This document shows, piece after piece, positions 1 to 13,495 of a stretch of DNA of 64,000 nucleotides; the stretch's first letter is position 1; the number at the start of each line of letters is the position of its first letter. Source of the DNA: Catajapyx aquilonaris (lineage: Eukaryota); assembly GCA_000934665.2 (NCBI GenBank), contig JYFJ02001975.1, forward strand, positions 1 to 64,000, written 5' to 3'. Under the pieces are notes generated by a model. The model saw only the letters and a program-made list of their open reading frames with translations. It had not been told where the DNA came from and searched no databases. Made by a program: the position numbers and the translations under genes.

Positions 1-489
1 CTAGCCGCTACTTGGCGCCGAGCAAGTCATTCCGCGATCTCAAGTCTCTTTTTCTGACCTCGTCATGACGAGCTAGCCGCTACTTGGCGCCGAGCAATTT
101 ATTCGAATGTGGGGCAGCTTCCCGCTTGGAGGAGGCGCTGCCGTCGGTGTATCGTTGCACCGATTTATCCCACAACAATGCGAATTAATTTTGGCCATTA
201 CCCATGTGCAAAGGTGGCAGGATACTCCACTGCATGCGGCTCATTTACCCCAGAGGTACTTCATTGTGACATTAATTTGCTAGAGTCATTCGATGGCAAT
301 GCTGTTTGGTGCGAGCAGGACAATCCGCGGTATGAAAGAGCCATACAAGCCGGGCACCTCCGCACTTCCACGAAAACCAAGCAACCAACCATGCGAAGAA
401 GAGAATAATAAAAAGCGAAAAAGCCACTTCCCCATCCCCAGTGTGACTTGCTCGGCGCCAAGTAGCGGCTAGCTCGTCATGACGAGGTC
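1..489. mobile_element. Repeat element with ~45-bp GC-rich inverted repeats (cut by the window start)
   Basis: GACCTCGTCATGACGAGCTAGCCGCTACTTGGCGCCGAGCAA at 56-97, a partial direct copy at 1-28, and the reverse complement at 445-489. Confidence 0.7.
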
Positions 490-737
490 CCCTTACCGAA
501 ATTAATTTATATATAATATCAATATAGTGGCGAGGTGGTCGCGTGGTGGGTACCTCGCGACTACCTCGGCTGGCAAGGTGGTCGCGAGGTGGCCACCTCG
601 CGACCACCTCGCCGACCGCCACCTCGCCGCGACTTCGCCCGCGACATAGCGAAATGAAACAACCGCTAGTATGCGGTTGGGTGGCCATAAGCTCGTCTGA
701 CGACCTCGCCGCGAGGTAGAGAAAATTTCGGTAAGGG
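490..737. mobile_element. MITE with perfect 14-bp TIRs (CCC terminus; superfamily uncertain, possibly CMC/CACTA-like)
   Basis: CCCTTACCGAAATT at 490-503 and AATTTCGGTAAGGG at 724-737; interior of inverted GCGAGGTGG/CCACCTCGC units; no clear TSD. Confidence 0.75.
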
Positions 738-802
738 TATACAGCTATTTACCAATACAAAACCCGTGTTACACTAATATAATTATCTATTTTACCACTA
801 AC

Positions 803-1612
803 CTGCTTATTTTTGCAGTTACTTTCAAGACCATATTTATTAGCTACTCATGTTAGCTAATACTAAATGGAAATATTTGCTACTAATGTTAGCTAATATT
901 CAATGAAAATATTGTTAACTAATACTCAATGAAAATATTGTTAACTAATACTCAATGAAAATATTGTTAACTAATACTCAATGAAAATATTGTTAACTAA
1001 TACTCAATGAAAATATTGTTAACTAATACTCAATGAAAATATTAGTTACTCGTCATAATTGCTTTTCACTAGCTAGCTCATATTAGCTAATATATATGAA
1101 TGGTATTGGCTTCTCAAATTAGCTCCTGTTTCATATTAGCTGCTAATTTTATGAACTCTTATTAGCCGTCAATTTATATTAGCTCGTAATAGCTACTAAT
1201 TATATATTAGCTACTCTTATCATCTGCAAATGTTCTTAAACTTTTAGCTACGCTAAGTAACCCATACCTTGCAAGAGTATTAGCTACTCATGTTAGCTAA
1301 TACATATGGTATATAAGAAATATTAGCTACTCTTAGCATCTGCAAATGTTCGTATAGTTTTAATACCCTAATTAACCAATACTTTAGAAGAGTATTAGCT
1401 ACTCATGTTAGCTGATACCTCTATGGAAATAGTTACTCATGTCAGCTTCTCAATATAGCTATTTCATATTAGCTAATACATGGGGTATGCAATAAATATT
1501 AGATACTCATATTAGCTAATACATACTGTATATAATAAAATAATATTAGCTATTCATATTATCTGCTAATTTGATGAAAATCATGGTTACTCAAATTCGC
1601 TAATTTTATTAA
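803..1612 (+). repeat. ATTAGCTACTCAT-type degenerate array (copy 1) with a homogeneous 26-bp tandem block at 901-1042
   Basis: Unit CAATGAAAATATTGTTAACTAATACT, about 5.5 copies; ATTAGCTA motif throughout. Confidence 0.9.
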
Positions 1613-2233
1613 GCAGATCGCATTGTGAGATTTCCCTGCCAATTGTTGGCGAAGAGAGCCATCACCCCCCACCCCATATCCTCCCCCACCCTCTTCATTG
1701 TTAAAACCTCCCCTTTGGCCTAATTGTTCGACGAGTAATCTATTTAATTGAGTGTGTGCAAACCCTGGTTGTTCCGATCGATCCTGAATGGTCGGATTTC
1801 AACAGACGGACAGGGGAATAGGAGATGTGGGGGGGTCTCAGGTGAACTATTGACCCTAGATGGACATGGGTCATCTGCCTTATTGTGCAGATTTTACTGG
1901 CCAATAACAGCACAATAAACGAGGCACAATAGAAGGATGAAGGAAGTGTGTCAAGCATGATCGAAATTGTAGGAATATTTTATAACCCTTCGATCATAAG
2001 CTGTCAGCTGTTAGAAGTGTCAACACTGTCTAGGTATCTAGCTTTCTAGGATCAATCTACGACATACACTACTTTAAATATTACATTACTACCTGTAGGG
2101 TGACTAGTGTACATACTTTGTCAAAAGTTGGATAATTGGTATGTTTGCTTGTTTATGTCAACTCAGTTAGTACCGTGCCTCTCACATAGATGGCGCAATG
2201 TCAAGGTCGTACAGTATGACCACTTTCAGAAAA

Positions 2234-2351
2234 GGGCGTGACGTATGATGACATTTCTTAAAGCACCAGAGGCGAGATATTCTTCCGTCAAATGAGCTTC
2301 AAGTATCCCTCGTCATTGGCGCTTTAAGAAACGTCATCATAGTCACGTCCC
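2234..2351. mobile_element. Hairpin / MITE remnant
   Basis: GGGCGTGACGTATGATGACATTTCTTAAAGCACCA pairs with TGGCGCTTTAAGAAACGTCATCATAGTCACGTCCC. Confidence 0.7.
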
Positions 2352-2452
2352 GTTGAGTTAGATGACTCACCCCGGACAAACAGGCACCCGATTAGTAAAG
2401 TAGTACGACTATGATCAATTATTTATTTTCCTTTGTCCTGGTCCTAATCAAG

Positions 2453-3060
2453 CAGCTTGTTTTAGCAGTTACTTTTAGGAAACGTATTTGCTATACATAT
2501 TAGCTAATGTGGTTATGAAAAGTATTGTCCACTCATATTATAAGAGTATTGACTACTCGTATTAGAAAACTAGTATTAGATATTAATACTAGAGTAGCCA
2601 CTCCTCTTATAAAAAATATTGGCAATTTATATGAGCTACTACTCGTAGGGAAAGTATTGGCTACTCATCTTACCTTTCTTATGAATATATTTGCTATTCA
2701 TATTAGCTACTACTTTTATGAAAAGTATTGGCTACTGATATTAGCTACTACTCTTACTACTCATGCTAGCTACTACTCTTATGAATATATCGGCTACCTA
2801 TATTAGCTACTATTTCCCCCCACACGAGCCCACGGCTCGAGAACGGGGTATCAAATAAAATATTAGCTACTATTGTTATGCAAATATTGGCTACTGATAT
2901 TAGCTATTGTTACGAAAAGTATTGGCTTCTTATATAGCTACTGCTATTATGAAGTTATTGGCTATAATAATATTAGGTTTTACTCTTATTGGCTACGAAT
3001 ATTAGCTACTACTGTTATGAAAATATTGTCTACTCATATAAGCTAATACTCTGTCATGAA
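2453..3060 (+). repeat. ATTAGCTACT array (copy 2)
   Basis: Same motif as 803-1612 and a similar start (GCTTGTTTTAGCAGTTACTTT). Confidence 0.85.
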
Positions 3061-3854
3061 ATGTGTGTAAATATGATCTCAGACTGTTCCTACTACCTGT
3101 TCCATGCTCTACCTCAACTATTTTGGTGGAAAACCCGTTTCCGGATGATTTATTCGGGCTTGAACCGAAACGCAAACGTAGCACCGTCCGAGATCAGTAA
3201 CTAAAATGGGGGATTATGTAGAAGAGATGGCGGCGGCTTCACGGGTAGTAGGTACGCTCTTGAAAGAGCATGATTAATTCCTCCCGGATTATAACTCTAG
3301 TTCATAAGTCAACGTCAGAGACTTTCCTTCAACAGAGGAGGATGATGGTATGGGTGTCAAGTCTGGAGGCATGAGGATCTGGCACGTTTATGCGGCTAAT
3401 GATCTTACATTAAGGCTTAGCCTTGTAAGCCGTCAGATGAAGGACCCATCCATTCAAGCTCATCTACTACGACTCCTCCTTCAGATTAAGTTGTCGAGCC
3501 TCGTTTTCCGGAGAGAAAACCTTGTGCACCCTCCAAGTTTCCGAGGGAAAAGTGAAAACCGGTGTCCTTCCACGCGTCAAGAGGGATTACACGTGGTGCT
3601 TTTAAACCTGTAGCTATACTAGACGGGGAGTAGCCTCGTAAGTTGAGGTGTTCATATAAGACGCCAGCTGTCGGATTTGAGTAGAATCGACTGCTTTGAA
3701 CATCGGTGGATAGAAGGAGTTGTGATGTGTGGAGACATCTAGCGGTAACGTTCATTTTTCGTCCATTTCGGTTCAATTTCATCCACTTTTACCAATTTTC
3801 GGCAATTTTGTATCTTATGTCTGCCATTTTGTACCCATGTCGTCCATTTCCATT

Positions 3855-4232
3855 TGCGGCTAATATTAGTAGCTAATGACGGCCAATATTAAATTAGTAG
3901 CTAATGACGGCTAATATTAAATTAGTAGCTACTAGGCTTATAAAATCAGTAGTTACTAGGCTTATAAAATCAGTAGTTACTGGAGCTAATATAAATATTA
4001 GTAGCTAATAAGAGGTCAGATAAATATTAGTAGCTAATAAGAGGTCAGATAAATATTAGTAGCTAATAAAACAGTAGCGAATATGAGCATTCAATACTTT
4101 TCATGTACGTATTAGCTAATATGAACAGTTAATATTTTCATTGAGTATGAACTAACATGAGCAGCTATTTTATACACCTATTAGCTAACATGAGTAGCTA
4201 ACATTGTGTTGAAAGTATCTGAAAAATTAAGC
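3855..4232 (-). repeat. ATTAGCTACT array (copy 3, inverted)
   Basis: AGTAGCTAAT motif; the reverse complement of ~4120-4232 aligns with ~803-930. Confidence 0.85.
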
Positions 4233-4239
4233 ACTGTGT

Positions 4240-4355
4240 CCATTTCCATTTATTACGTCCATTTTGTATCCATGTTCGTCCATTTTGTATCCATGTTCGT
4301 CCATTTTGTATCCATATTCGTCCATTTTGTCTCTTCCGTCCATTTTGTATCCAAA
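4240..4355. repeat. 21-bp minisatellite CGTCCATTTTGTATCCATGTT
   Basis: 4-5 copies; related degenerate copies at 3760-3850. Confidence 0.85.
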
Positions 4356-5419
4356 TTCATTTTTGAACCTTTAGCTGAACATTAATTCAACTCCTGTGTC
4401 AATAAGTGTCCGATTCTGATCCTCCCCAGATGAGGAAGGTCCAGCGACAATCTTCCAAAATGTCTCCAGTAATGGAGGCAATCTCTGCGACCGTGTGACT
4501 AGGACTGATTGCCAGGAATATTGATGGTGGATTTTGTCGGAGGCAAACACCTTCTCCTTACAGCCAATGCATAATTCACCAAAAGGGCTAGGAGTAGTAG
4601 AAAGCCTGATTTAAACTTAATGGCTCTCTCTATGCTGCTGTTATACACACTAATGGTTTATAAATAAGTGTTGGGCCTCCTTCAACTACTGGCGATTTCA
4701 TAAGGTGGTTTTACACACCCTTGTTTTAAAATTTGATAAGTTCGCAGTATGAGATGTGGTCTGGAGGGTTTCCTCTTGGCGCGCCGTGCATTGTACAGCA
4801 TCATTTACAAGGGTATGTCGCTATACCGATAATTTGCAGGCGAAGCGGACAGAGCCGGTTCCGTACAGCTTTGATGTCATAATTGATGGAATATGTATTA
4901 TTCACATGTAGCCTCGAGAAGGTGCGGTCAGCTTATGGTCAAAATTGAGCTTATTTAGAAACCTCGCTATGCCTACTCCGACAGACGCTATTCGAATGCA
5001 GTAGACCGTGTCGACAGTTTCGAAATCACCTGGTTGAAGGACAGGAGCCATGTTTGGACAAAATTGCTTCCGCCACAACAACTCTCGACAGGACTAGCGC
5101 ACTCTATAGGTCGATGTCCCCAGGTGAGCTCCACACCTGTGCACCGAATTTCAGTATAGGGGGTCTGAATTATTATTCTGCGCAACTGTTCCAGCGACTG
5201 AATTTTTGTTATTGTGGGGAGCAACTGCGGAGAATTCCTCGAATCTTAAAAATGCGGTTCAGCAGAGCGTGGTGTGGAGTTATAATGCTTGTTTCTGAAC
5301 CAGCGGATTTTTATGGAAGCGTTATACTGTACGTTTGCACCTCTGGTACTGCCAGAGAGACGTATTGTTGGTTGGTTACATTAAGAACAATGTGATTCGT
5401 TGGTTTTAGGCATAATTAT

Positions 5420-5930
5420 ACCGGGCAACACCGCACCGTGTCCCAAATATGGCGGCAGCCGCCTCAGCCGACTCCCTGTGCATAACGGTCGCAAAATAAC
5501 CGCCTGCCCAGCCCACAAATCGGTCCCCCACACTCCACCAGTACTACCGGTACTGCCAGAAAGATGTATTGTTGTTTAAGTGACAAAGAATAGCCTGGTT
5601 CGTTGTTTTTAGGCGCGTACCGGGCAACAGCATGTCCCAAATATGGCGGCCTACACCTCACCCGATTCCCTGTGCATAACGGTCACAATGTGCCAAAATG
5701 GCCGCCTCCCCAAGCCACACCAAATATTTCCTCGCTTACTCGTGACATCCGACCCAGCCAGATAGACGTTTTGTTGTTTAGTTTCACAAACAACGGCGCG
5801 ATTCGCTGTTTTGTTGTATAGCAGGAAACAGCATGTCCCAAATATGGCGGCCGCCACCTCGGCCGACTCCCTGTGCATAACGGTCGCCTCACCAGCCCAT
5901 ACCAAATCTTTCCTCGCTTACCACGACACA
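5420..5930. repeat. Three diverged ~200-bp tandem units (probably subterminal TE repeats)
   Basis: TGTCCCAAATATGGCGGC...CCGA(C/T)TCCCTGTGCATAACGGTC recurs near 5438, 5634 and 5834. Confidence 0.85.
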
Positions 5931-8900
5931 AATTGAGTCTCCTATAACGAGAAGCGTCACACTCTCTAGGAATCTAACGGCATTTTACAAGCCGGCCATT
6001 TCCATACAAGTCCTGAATACTAAGCACAAGATGTCCGCTGCCGTCACGTGAGGGCCACAGATGATGAGACGCTGGCTGTGCATGCATGATCCTGCTGGGC
6101 TCCTGTGGAGAGACACAGGGAGAGGGATGCGTGTGTGCATTAGGGACATTAGTGTGGTAAGCGGCCTCTCCTGAATCAAGATTTACTCCGAATGGCGTCG
6201 GCCGGCTAAATGGGACGCAATTACACAGCTTGCAGAAACAGCTCCGGCATATTGTGGAGGAATATCAGGTAAATGTGGTTAGGGGAGACAATGGGAAAAG
6301 GGCTCCCCGTAGAGTCGCCCCATATTTCCAGGAAGCCTCTCCACGTGTGGTGGTGGCGGACATTAAGGTCTTTTCACGCGGGGCATTTCCGATTGCATGG
6401 TGCTGGAACTTGTCGTTGGGTCTGGAGAAGTGCTGAGAGGACGACGAGGATTGTTGTGGAGTGACAAGAATGACTGTGAGGTACGGGGTTCAAGATGGCG
6501 GTGCACGGGGAAAAACGGCAGAAGTTGGCAGACCGGAAGTGTATTAGTCATCAGCCAAAATGCAAAAGTCCCGCTCTAATCACTGGCTTCAAATTGAACC
6601 TAACCTAACCTGGACACCTCTGAACGACTACGCTATGAAATAAGTGACCTTTACCCCCAAAGCGTCACTTTTGCGCACATTGTTACCCGCAGTATTCTAA
6701 TCATAACTCCATAATGAGGTTCGGCAGTGCAATTCAATGAATGCGAAATCAACCGTGATAACTCGGGCCAGATAGGACGGGGGCCTTTGCAAAATGCAAT
6801 ATTTCCCTGGCAAATCACGAGCCGTGGAGCCATTGATTATTACATTCCGGGTGTTAATGTAGGATCAGCTCCAATTGCAAATTATCAACGAGCCATTTTT
6901 TAGTTGACACTTTTTCAATAACTACAGTCTCAGATGTAACGAACGCAATGCAGTGTTACTCTATTACGTATAAACAGTATTGCAGTGTCAGTTACACTAC
7001 TTGTTACAGTCTAACGTGTCAGATATCGCGAAATTTCAACTATAGGCTTTGTAACAACATACTGCAGATATTTCAAGTGAAACTAGTCAAGTGTTGCAAA
7101 ATGTGCTCATTGTATTAGTTTATACATTAGTTTTTACGAGCGGTTTAACAAAACTAGAAAAAAAACATCCAAATGATCCTAATAGCTCCAAAATAGATCG
7201 CGTTTGGTCAGACGAGCTCAAACAAACGTGGCTGGCCATGAACAAGCAAATACGCACCAATTAGATAGCAAGGTGACCGACCTTGCTGCTCAACTATCGA
7301 CAAGCTTGAGCAATGAGGGTGAAGGGAGGGAAAGCATATAGAGTGAGCGCATTGCAACTTTGCAAGAGAAAATAATTGGCTTGATCGATGCTATCAGCAC
7401 GGAGGCATCTCTTTTCTCGCGTTTCGACTGGAACTGGCTATAGAGTTGGATCGATGGAAGGGGGGTGGGGGTCCTAAGTAGTAGGTAGGTTTTTTGGTGG
7501 GTAGGTTGGTATAGGGCGGGTGAGTTGAACATGAAACGATATTTGCTTGACCACTGAGTGTGTACCTTGAGCCCGATATACACGTGGGAAGGTCTACCTC
7601 TGACAAGGCCTTTAAATGCATTCATGAGGCGCTCCTTTGATCAATCTACATGGTTCCCTCTAGCTACTGGCCCAGGTTTGATTTTAGGTATAGTGTGTGT
7701 AGGGTGAAAATTAAGTTTGGAAAGTACTGAGGTTGGATTTGGTATGGATTGGGTAAGGTAAGGTTCGGTAAAGTTTGTTAAAGTTTGTTACATTATGTTA
7801 AGACTACTCCTTACCACCCACAGTGTAACGGTCGTGGCGTTAAACTGATTTCCACTTTACAACCGCTCTGTAGGAACCGGATTTTCGACGATTATTCCTC
7901 CAATCAGCTTCCTAGATGGCGTAGGTTGGGGACCACACCCGGAGCCTAATTATTTTGAATGCGTGTCACGCCTTAATGATTGTAAATTGGCAAGTCCCAC
8001 CCCACGGTACCTACCCTTTTGTGATGAGTACCTCCGCCTTGCAAACACTTGCAAGAGCTTCCATTATGTCAAATTCAGTTAAGGAGCACCGGAAAATCCG
8101 GGACAGGCGGTGATTTTGGGTTCTAATCAAATGTGTCGCTAGACATGCCCGATGAAAAGCTTTGTGCCTAAGTATTGTTGATAAAATATTGTTAGAGGGA
8201 AAGATGGGTGTTACACATGTGTCGAGCATTATGATTGCCATGTGCCACAGGGTGTGGCATGTTTTGAAATACGGTACGCAATTGTTTGACGCCGATATGT
8301 AAACATTATGCGGTTGACAGGGTTTGAGCGTCGTAAACACTGCAGTTGACAATAGGCCTACTCTTTTTGGGGAAAAAACGCAAAAAAATGTGTATGTAGT
8401 GTGAATATGTAGGGAACTTGATAGCATGTATGATCTGGACAAAGCATACTCCACATATCGATACTCATAGTACAACCATAAAAACATTTCTATGGTTGTC
8501 TTTTGAGTCACACTCAAAAGACATACATTGTAAGTAACGTATATCTTTTGAGTGTCGATGTGTATGTTTCTTTCACTATTGTATACAATAATTCCTCACA
8601 CAGATAAACCACACTAGAACCCCCACTTTCTATGATAATCCATAGACTCCTTGTGTTGCCCTCAGATCGTAAAATAAAGTTACTGTAATTCAACTTTCAC
8701 ATTACTTTGGAGCTGGAGACGATTACAAGGCCTTTTCTCCTATATATTCTTTTATGTGACATACGAATCTTCTCACGTTTTATAGCCAGGCATAAGTCAT
8801 GTCGTAGAGAAAGACACCTGCAGTGCTCGATAGAATTCTGAAAGTGTCTCCGAGACATACAATAGCCTCCGAGGGTATGGGAGGGTTGTTTGAATGAGAA

Positions 8901-9397
8901 AAATTTCAAATTCTGATCAGAAAGCGTTATGTCGCACCGCAGCATCTTTTTTTCTTTCAAACATTTTTAGGACACAATTTTAGGACAGGTTTTTAGGACA
9001 CAAGGTTGGTAAAAAGAAGATCCGGGCTCCACCCACTTTTCCGGAGAAAAAAACTGAACCCGGAAACTTTACGACCGTGTGGACGTTCCTGGATCCGATC
9101 CGTTTTTTATCCGGCCTTTTATTACTCGGGCTGGTCCTAGTCTAGGATAAAACCGGGGCCAATACCAGCCTCCAAAAGAGAGGGTGATCTGTAAATTTTC
9201 TCTGGTCCTCACAAAAACCTCCGCACTTTCCCAACACCTCACTAAGTTTTTTAATGGCGGAACGGATGTGCTCGGGTGTTTTTTTTGTTAAAGGAAAAGA
9301 ATTGCAACATAAGCGGTTTTTCTGGTAGCAGTTTGTAAACTACAGGTGGCGACGAAAGGACACTTCCGAAAAACCAAGAAAAATATAAAAATTTTAA

Positions 9398-9690
9398 GCA
9401 CTCACTGGGGATCGAACTGCCGACCTTCCTGGCGTCAGTCTTCAAACGAGCCACATTTATCATACTTCCTAACTACAATAACCACGTCACTCACGCCTCA
9501 ATGTCACTTTTTGATCCAGGTGATCCACAAATAGTGACAAAATGACACTTTAAAAAAAGAAAATCCGAGCGATCACCGGGGATCGAACCACCGACCTTCC
9601 GAGCGTCAGTCTTCACACGAGCCTACATTTATCATACTTCCTAGCAACAATGACCACACCTGAATGTCACTTCTTGATCCATAGGTCACA
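9398..9690 (-). repeat. Two diverged direct copies of a tRNA-derived (Pol III B-box) sequence
   Basis: GGGGATCGAAC...CCGACCTTCC...GCGTCAGTCTTCA...ACATTTATCATACTTCCTA twice (~9405 and ~9577); the minus strand reads GTTCGATCCCC. Confidence 0.55.
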
Positions 9691-10069
9691 CCCAGTCTGG
9701 ACAGAGTCCATTTCTCAACCACTTGAGTAATGAGCCTCGTAAGACTATGAAAACAAACAAGGTGAGAACAATAGGGGCCCATAGCACCCAGCACACAATA
9801 AGTGTGACACCCAAACTGCAATCCCAAAACACAAAAGGCGGCAAGGGTACTAAAGAGTAGGGGGGAAAGCAAATTGCACGCAACAATGGGCGACAAAAGA
9901 ACAATGTCCTGCGTAATTAAATTAGCACGGGTCTCTCTCATCTGGCTAACAACCGCTAATCAAGTGTCGGATTTTGACCTAAAAACCTGGACCTAATTGA
10001 AATAAACAGGTATGAACTATGCTAAAAATATAAGTTAATTTTTAAAATGGGAGATAGAAGCAGTATTGA

Positions 10070-10770
10070 GATCAAACGATAAGAAACAAACGAAAAACAA
10101 GAGATTTGGTACAAATGAAGGAACAAACGACAAACAAACAATAAGAAATACACGAAATGCAAACGATAAGGATAGTTTACTCCCCATTGCTATTTCCTGA
10201 TCGTTTGTCATATTCTTCTTAGCTTTCGAAAACAAAATAACAAACGATAAAGGTGGACGATTTGACGAGCGAAGCCTTCGCAGAAGCTGAACTTAACAAT
10301 CGATTTTCGCCTCAAACAATATTGGTTACTTGGGTTACTCAGCCTCGGCGAAGACTCCGCTCGTCAAATCGCCCACATGTAAACGCAACTTAAGGAACAA
10401 ACAAAAAAACAAACGATTTGGAACAAATGAAGAAACAAACGATAAAAATAGTGTTTGTTTATTTGCCATTGCTAATTTCTGATCGTTTGTTATTTTCTTT
10501 TTTTCATTTGAAAACAAAATATCAAACGATAAGGAACAAACGACAAAACATGTCATAAGGAACAAATGAGCAATCATGCCTAAGGAACAAACGACAACGT
10601 TTACCATAAGGAACAAAGTGAAAACACAGACGATAAGGAACAAACGACAACATATACCGTAAGGAACAAGTGCAAACACAGACGATAATGAACAAACGAC
10701 AAAGCATGCCATCAGGCATAAGGAACAAACGACAAAACAAATGATCAGGAACAAGCGAAAAGAGAAGACA
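10070..10770. repeat. AAACGA(T/C)AAGGAAC degenerate array with an internal ~180-bp duplication
   Basis: AAGGAACAAACGAC motif repeated; 10075-10250 resembles 10390-10535. Confidence 0.85.
10252..10376. mobile_element. Hairpin MITE inserted in the array
   Basis: GTGGACGATTTGACGAGCGAAGCCTTCGCAGAAGCTGA pairs with TCAGCCTCGGCGAAGACTCCGCTCGTCAAATCGCCCAC. Confidence 0.7.
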
Positions 10771-11545
10771 ACGAATATTTAGATTCAGGTTAGCACAACA
10801 TTGTGCAGTCATCATGACTCGACCTCAGCCACAAACGACGCTATAATAACAGTGGTTCAGGAACAAAGCGAAAAAATTGATGAACCATGGCAAGGTGAAA
10901 CCGATCTATTTTTAATACTTTGCTCCCCCCTCTTCTCTCCCTCCTCCCACCGTATAGGCTATGTACATAGATCCGGTATCGCTAATTTAAGAGTGACGGC
11001 AGCGTGGTGCTACCGAATAAATGATGAAAACGGCAGAGAGATGTGGGAGTCCGAATCCCGAACCAATTAATCACATCAGTATCTGCAGAAGATAATTGCG
11101 TTGGCCCCGAACCGGGGAACGATAACCTCTAACGCAAAAAAAAAAAAAAAAAAAACGTTATGATTATTGGTTTGCATAATGCGGTTGGTCGGTTAGCTTC
11201 GATTACATACAAGTTGGGAAATACACGTATGGTGACTGAAACTGATGATGACTGATCCTGACTTGAATGACTCAAAGAGAAATGACAAAATGATTGATGA
11301 CATGAGACAAAATGTGACTGGAAATGGCTGAAATGGCCGAAATAGCTATTTAAATAGCTAATAATTAACAGCCAATGCATCAATAACTAATATATCAATA
11401 ACTGATTTAAAATATCCGAGTAAACATTAAGGACCGCTACTCAGCTCACTGTAGCTATTAAGTTAAAATAGTAGCTATAATCTAACTGTAAGTATCATTC
11501 AGGGAATAAGGAGTTATTAAATTCATGATACTTGAATTCATGACA

Positions 11546-11710
11546 TTGAATCGGGATATAACAGACTTCAAGGGACCACCAAAATCAGTCTGTTCTGACC
11601 AAAGTCTATTATAGCCGAACGTAGCCGAAGACACGCGTACCATATATGGAAGTATGCCACCGGTCGTTGGAGTCTGTTATAGTCGAATCTGTTATATCCG
11701 GATTCAACTG
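11546..11710. mobile_element. Tc1/mariner (pogo/Tigger-like) MITE, CAGTTGAATCCGGATATAACAG family
   Basis: Right end TGTTATATCCGGATTCAACTG followed by TA; degenerate left end TTGAATCGGGATATAACAGA; second copy at 33005-33150. Confidence 0.75.
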
Positions 11711-12714
11711 TAGTAGTAAATGGAAAGTATTGTAATTAATGTATACTTAAGTACAAGTTAAGTTAAGTACCAAGTTGTAATTGTTGCATCTGAAAGTAAC
11801 AGTCGTAATGGAAAAATAGCGGTTATGATTTTTAGTATAGCTGTTCTGCAATATTACTGCTAGAAAATTAGACGTAACTGCTAAATGTATTGACATCTAA
11901 CAGTTCTGAAAATTAACATAGCTGCTAAACGCAAACCTCACTGTTATAAAATTAATACGCCTGGTAAATTCATTTCTTACAGTTCTACGATAACCAATAA
12001 ACTCATATAACAGCTATGCTTGTGTGTAACTATAGCAACTATGCTCCCCCCCACCCCCCCACGAGTAATGTGCAAGTTAATGTACGAGTTTGGAGTTAAC
12101 TAAATAGTTGGCGAGCCTAGTTTTCTCCCCATTTTTTATTGGTGACTTACCCAATACTAACCATCTCTATTTAAAAAGGGAAAGTAGCAGCGAGTAGGCA
12201 ATAACTCGAGCGGGTAACGATCCTCCCGGGGGTAATTTTTTCATGCGGTGGCCTGAGCTAATTGGTTTTACTGAATTTTGGTTGGCGCGACCGTGTTTTA
12301 TTTACCGATTGGCCCATCCCTACCCCCTCCCCCTCCCCCTCCCCCTCTCCAGCTCTGAAAAGAGTGGATCCCCCATTTATATTTGATAACTGCAGGCGAG
12401 CACTTTCACGCGAGTGTACCTCTGACAGGGAATGGAATTGGGAACATGAGTTTGATAAGAATTAAGTGCACAGGGATTACCATCTGGGAGTAGACAAGTA
12501 GGCTGAAAGGTAGATGGCGCTAGTGGAAAGAATGGCTCTGATTGGTTGAAAGAGTTGGGGCAGTTATTCACGATGTGCCCGATAGAGTGACAGCTAAAAC
12601 ATTTTTGGTTATTAAATGTATTTGTTATTGCATATATCAGCTATTAAATCAATTTTCTTTTGTATCAGTTATTAATAATTAGCTATTACATAATTATATT
12701 AATTACCGATAATA

Positions 12715-12808
12715 CAGGGTGTTCCAAGTATCCGAGTCACTTTTGGATAACTGCTGTGGAGCGATTGCAATATTATCCAAAAGTGACTCGGATACTTGGA
12801 ACACCCTT
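12715..12808. mobile_element. 94-bp palindromic MITE, CAGGGTGTTCCAAG TIR (Tc1/mariner-type)
   Basis: TA-CAGGGTGTTCCAAGTATCCGAGTCACTTTTGGATAA ... TTATCCAAAAGTGACTCGGATACTTGGAACACCCT. Confidence 0.85.
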
Positions 12809-12825
12809 ATATTAGATATTGCATA

Positions 12826-13495
12826 CAGGGTGGGTCGTTTTAGACTTTTTCGAGAAAATAGTCTTAAAGAACGTGTATGTCTGATTGTCTGTCTGTGGAC
12901 AGGTATCAGACAGACAGAGACGTGCTATAATACTTTTTTCGTGTTCCGGGTTCACTCTATCCGCTCCTTCCCCCTGGCTGCCCCCTACCCCCACCGCCTC
13001 TTTCCCCCACCACCCCCTACCCCTGACTGCCGCCTTCACCAGATCTTCCTTTCCCCCCTGATACCTGTCCACAGACGGACGGACGGCCATACCCGTGCTA
13101 TAAGACTTTTTCAACGGATGAGAAAAGGTCTAAAAGATGGGTTTGCTAGGATATATTTTAATGGGGAAAGGAGCGATCTGGGGGGTAAGAGGGGGGGGTA
13201 GGACATTGCGGACAATAGCGGTTAACATGAAAAAGTCTACTCTAATCATGTGATTTGCCAATCTTGTTTAGGTTATTATCACCAGTAGTAATTATTTTTA
13301 TGTAGCTTGTTGTCCCCAGGTCCAGGTGACCCATTACTCCCAGGCGGTAGAATATAAATAATGGCATCTTATTAGCTGTTTCAATATAATAGGCCTACAG
13401 TAGAATATGGAATCTGGGTCGGGACACACGCTACAAAAAATAGTAGCTTCGAGCGAAATTATAGCTAAAAGGACCCGCGAACTTGGAACACCCTG
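12826..13495. mobile_element. CAGGGTG-family MITE interrupted by a Helentron-like insertion
   Basis: TA-CAGGGTG at 12826, right TIR GAACTTGGAACACCCTG-TA ending 13495; 13290-13495 aligns with the intact copy at 53231-53429. Confidence 0.65.
12838..13268 (+). mobile_element. Helentron-associated non-autonomous element (HINE/DINE-1-like), with an inverted second 5' end inside
   Basis: 5' subTIR TAGACTTTTTC, (GTCY)n, 3' GAAAAAGTCTA plus AATCATGTGATT stem-loop and CTTGTT; sits in a T run; inverted head at 13058-13137. Confidence 0.7.

Noticed and set aside
1..97. CRISPR-like repeat-spacer-repeat
   Set aside because: Only two direct copies plus an inverted one, no cas genes, eukaryotic context; better explained as TE terminal repeats
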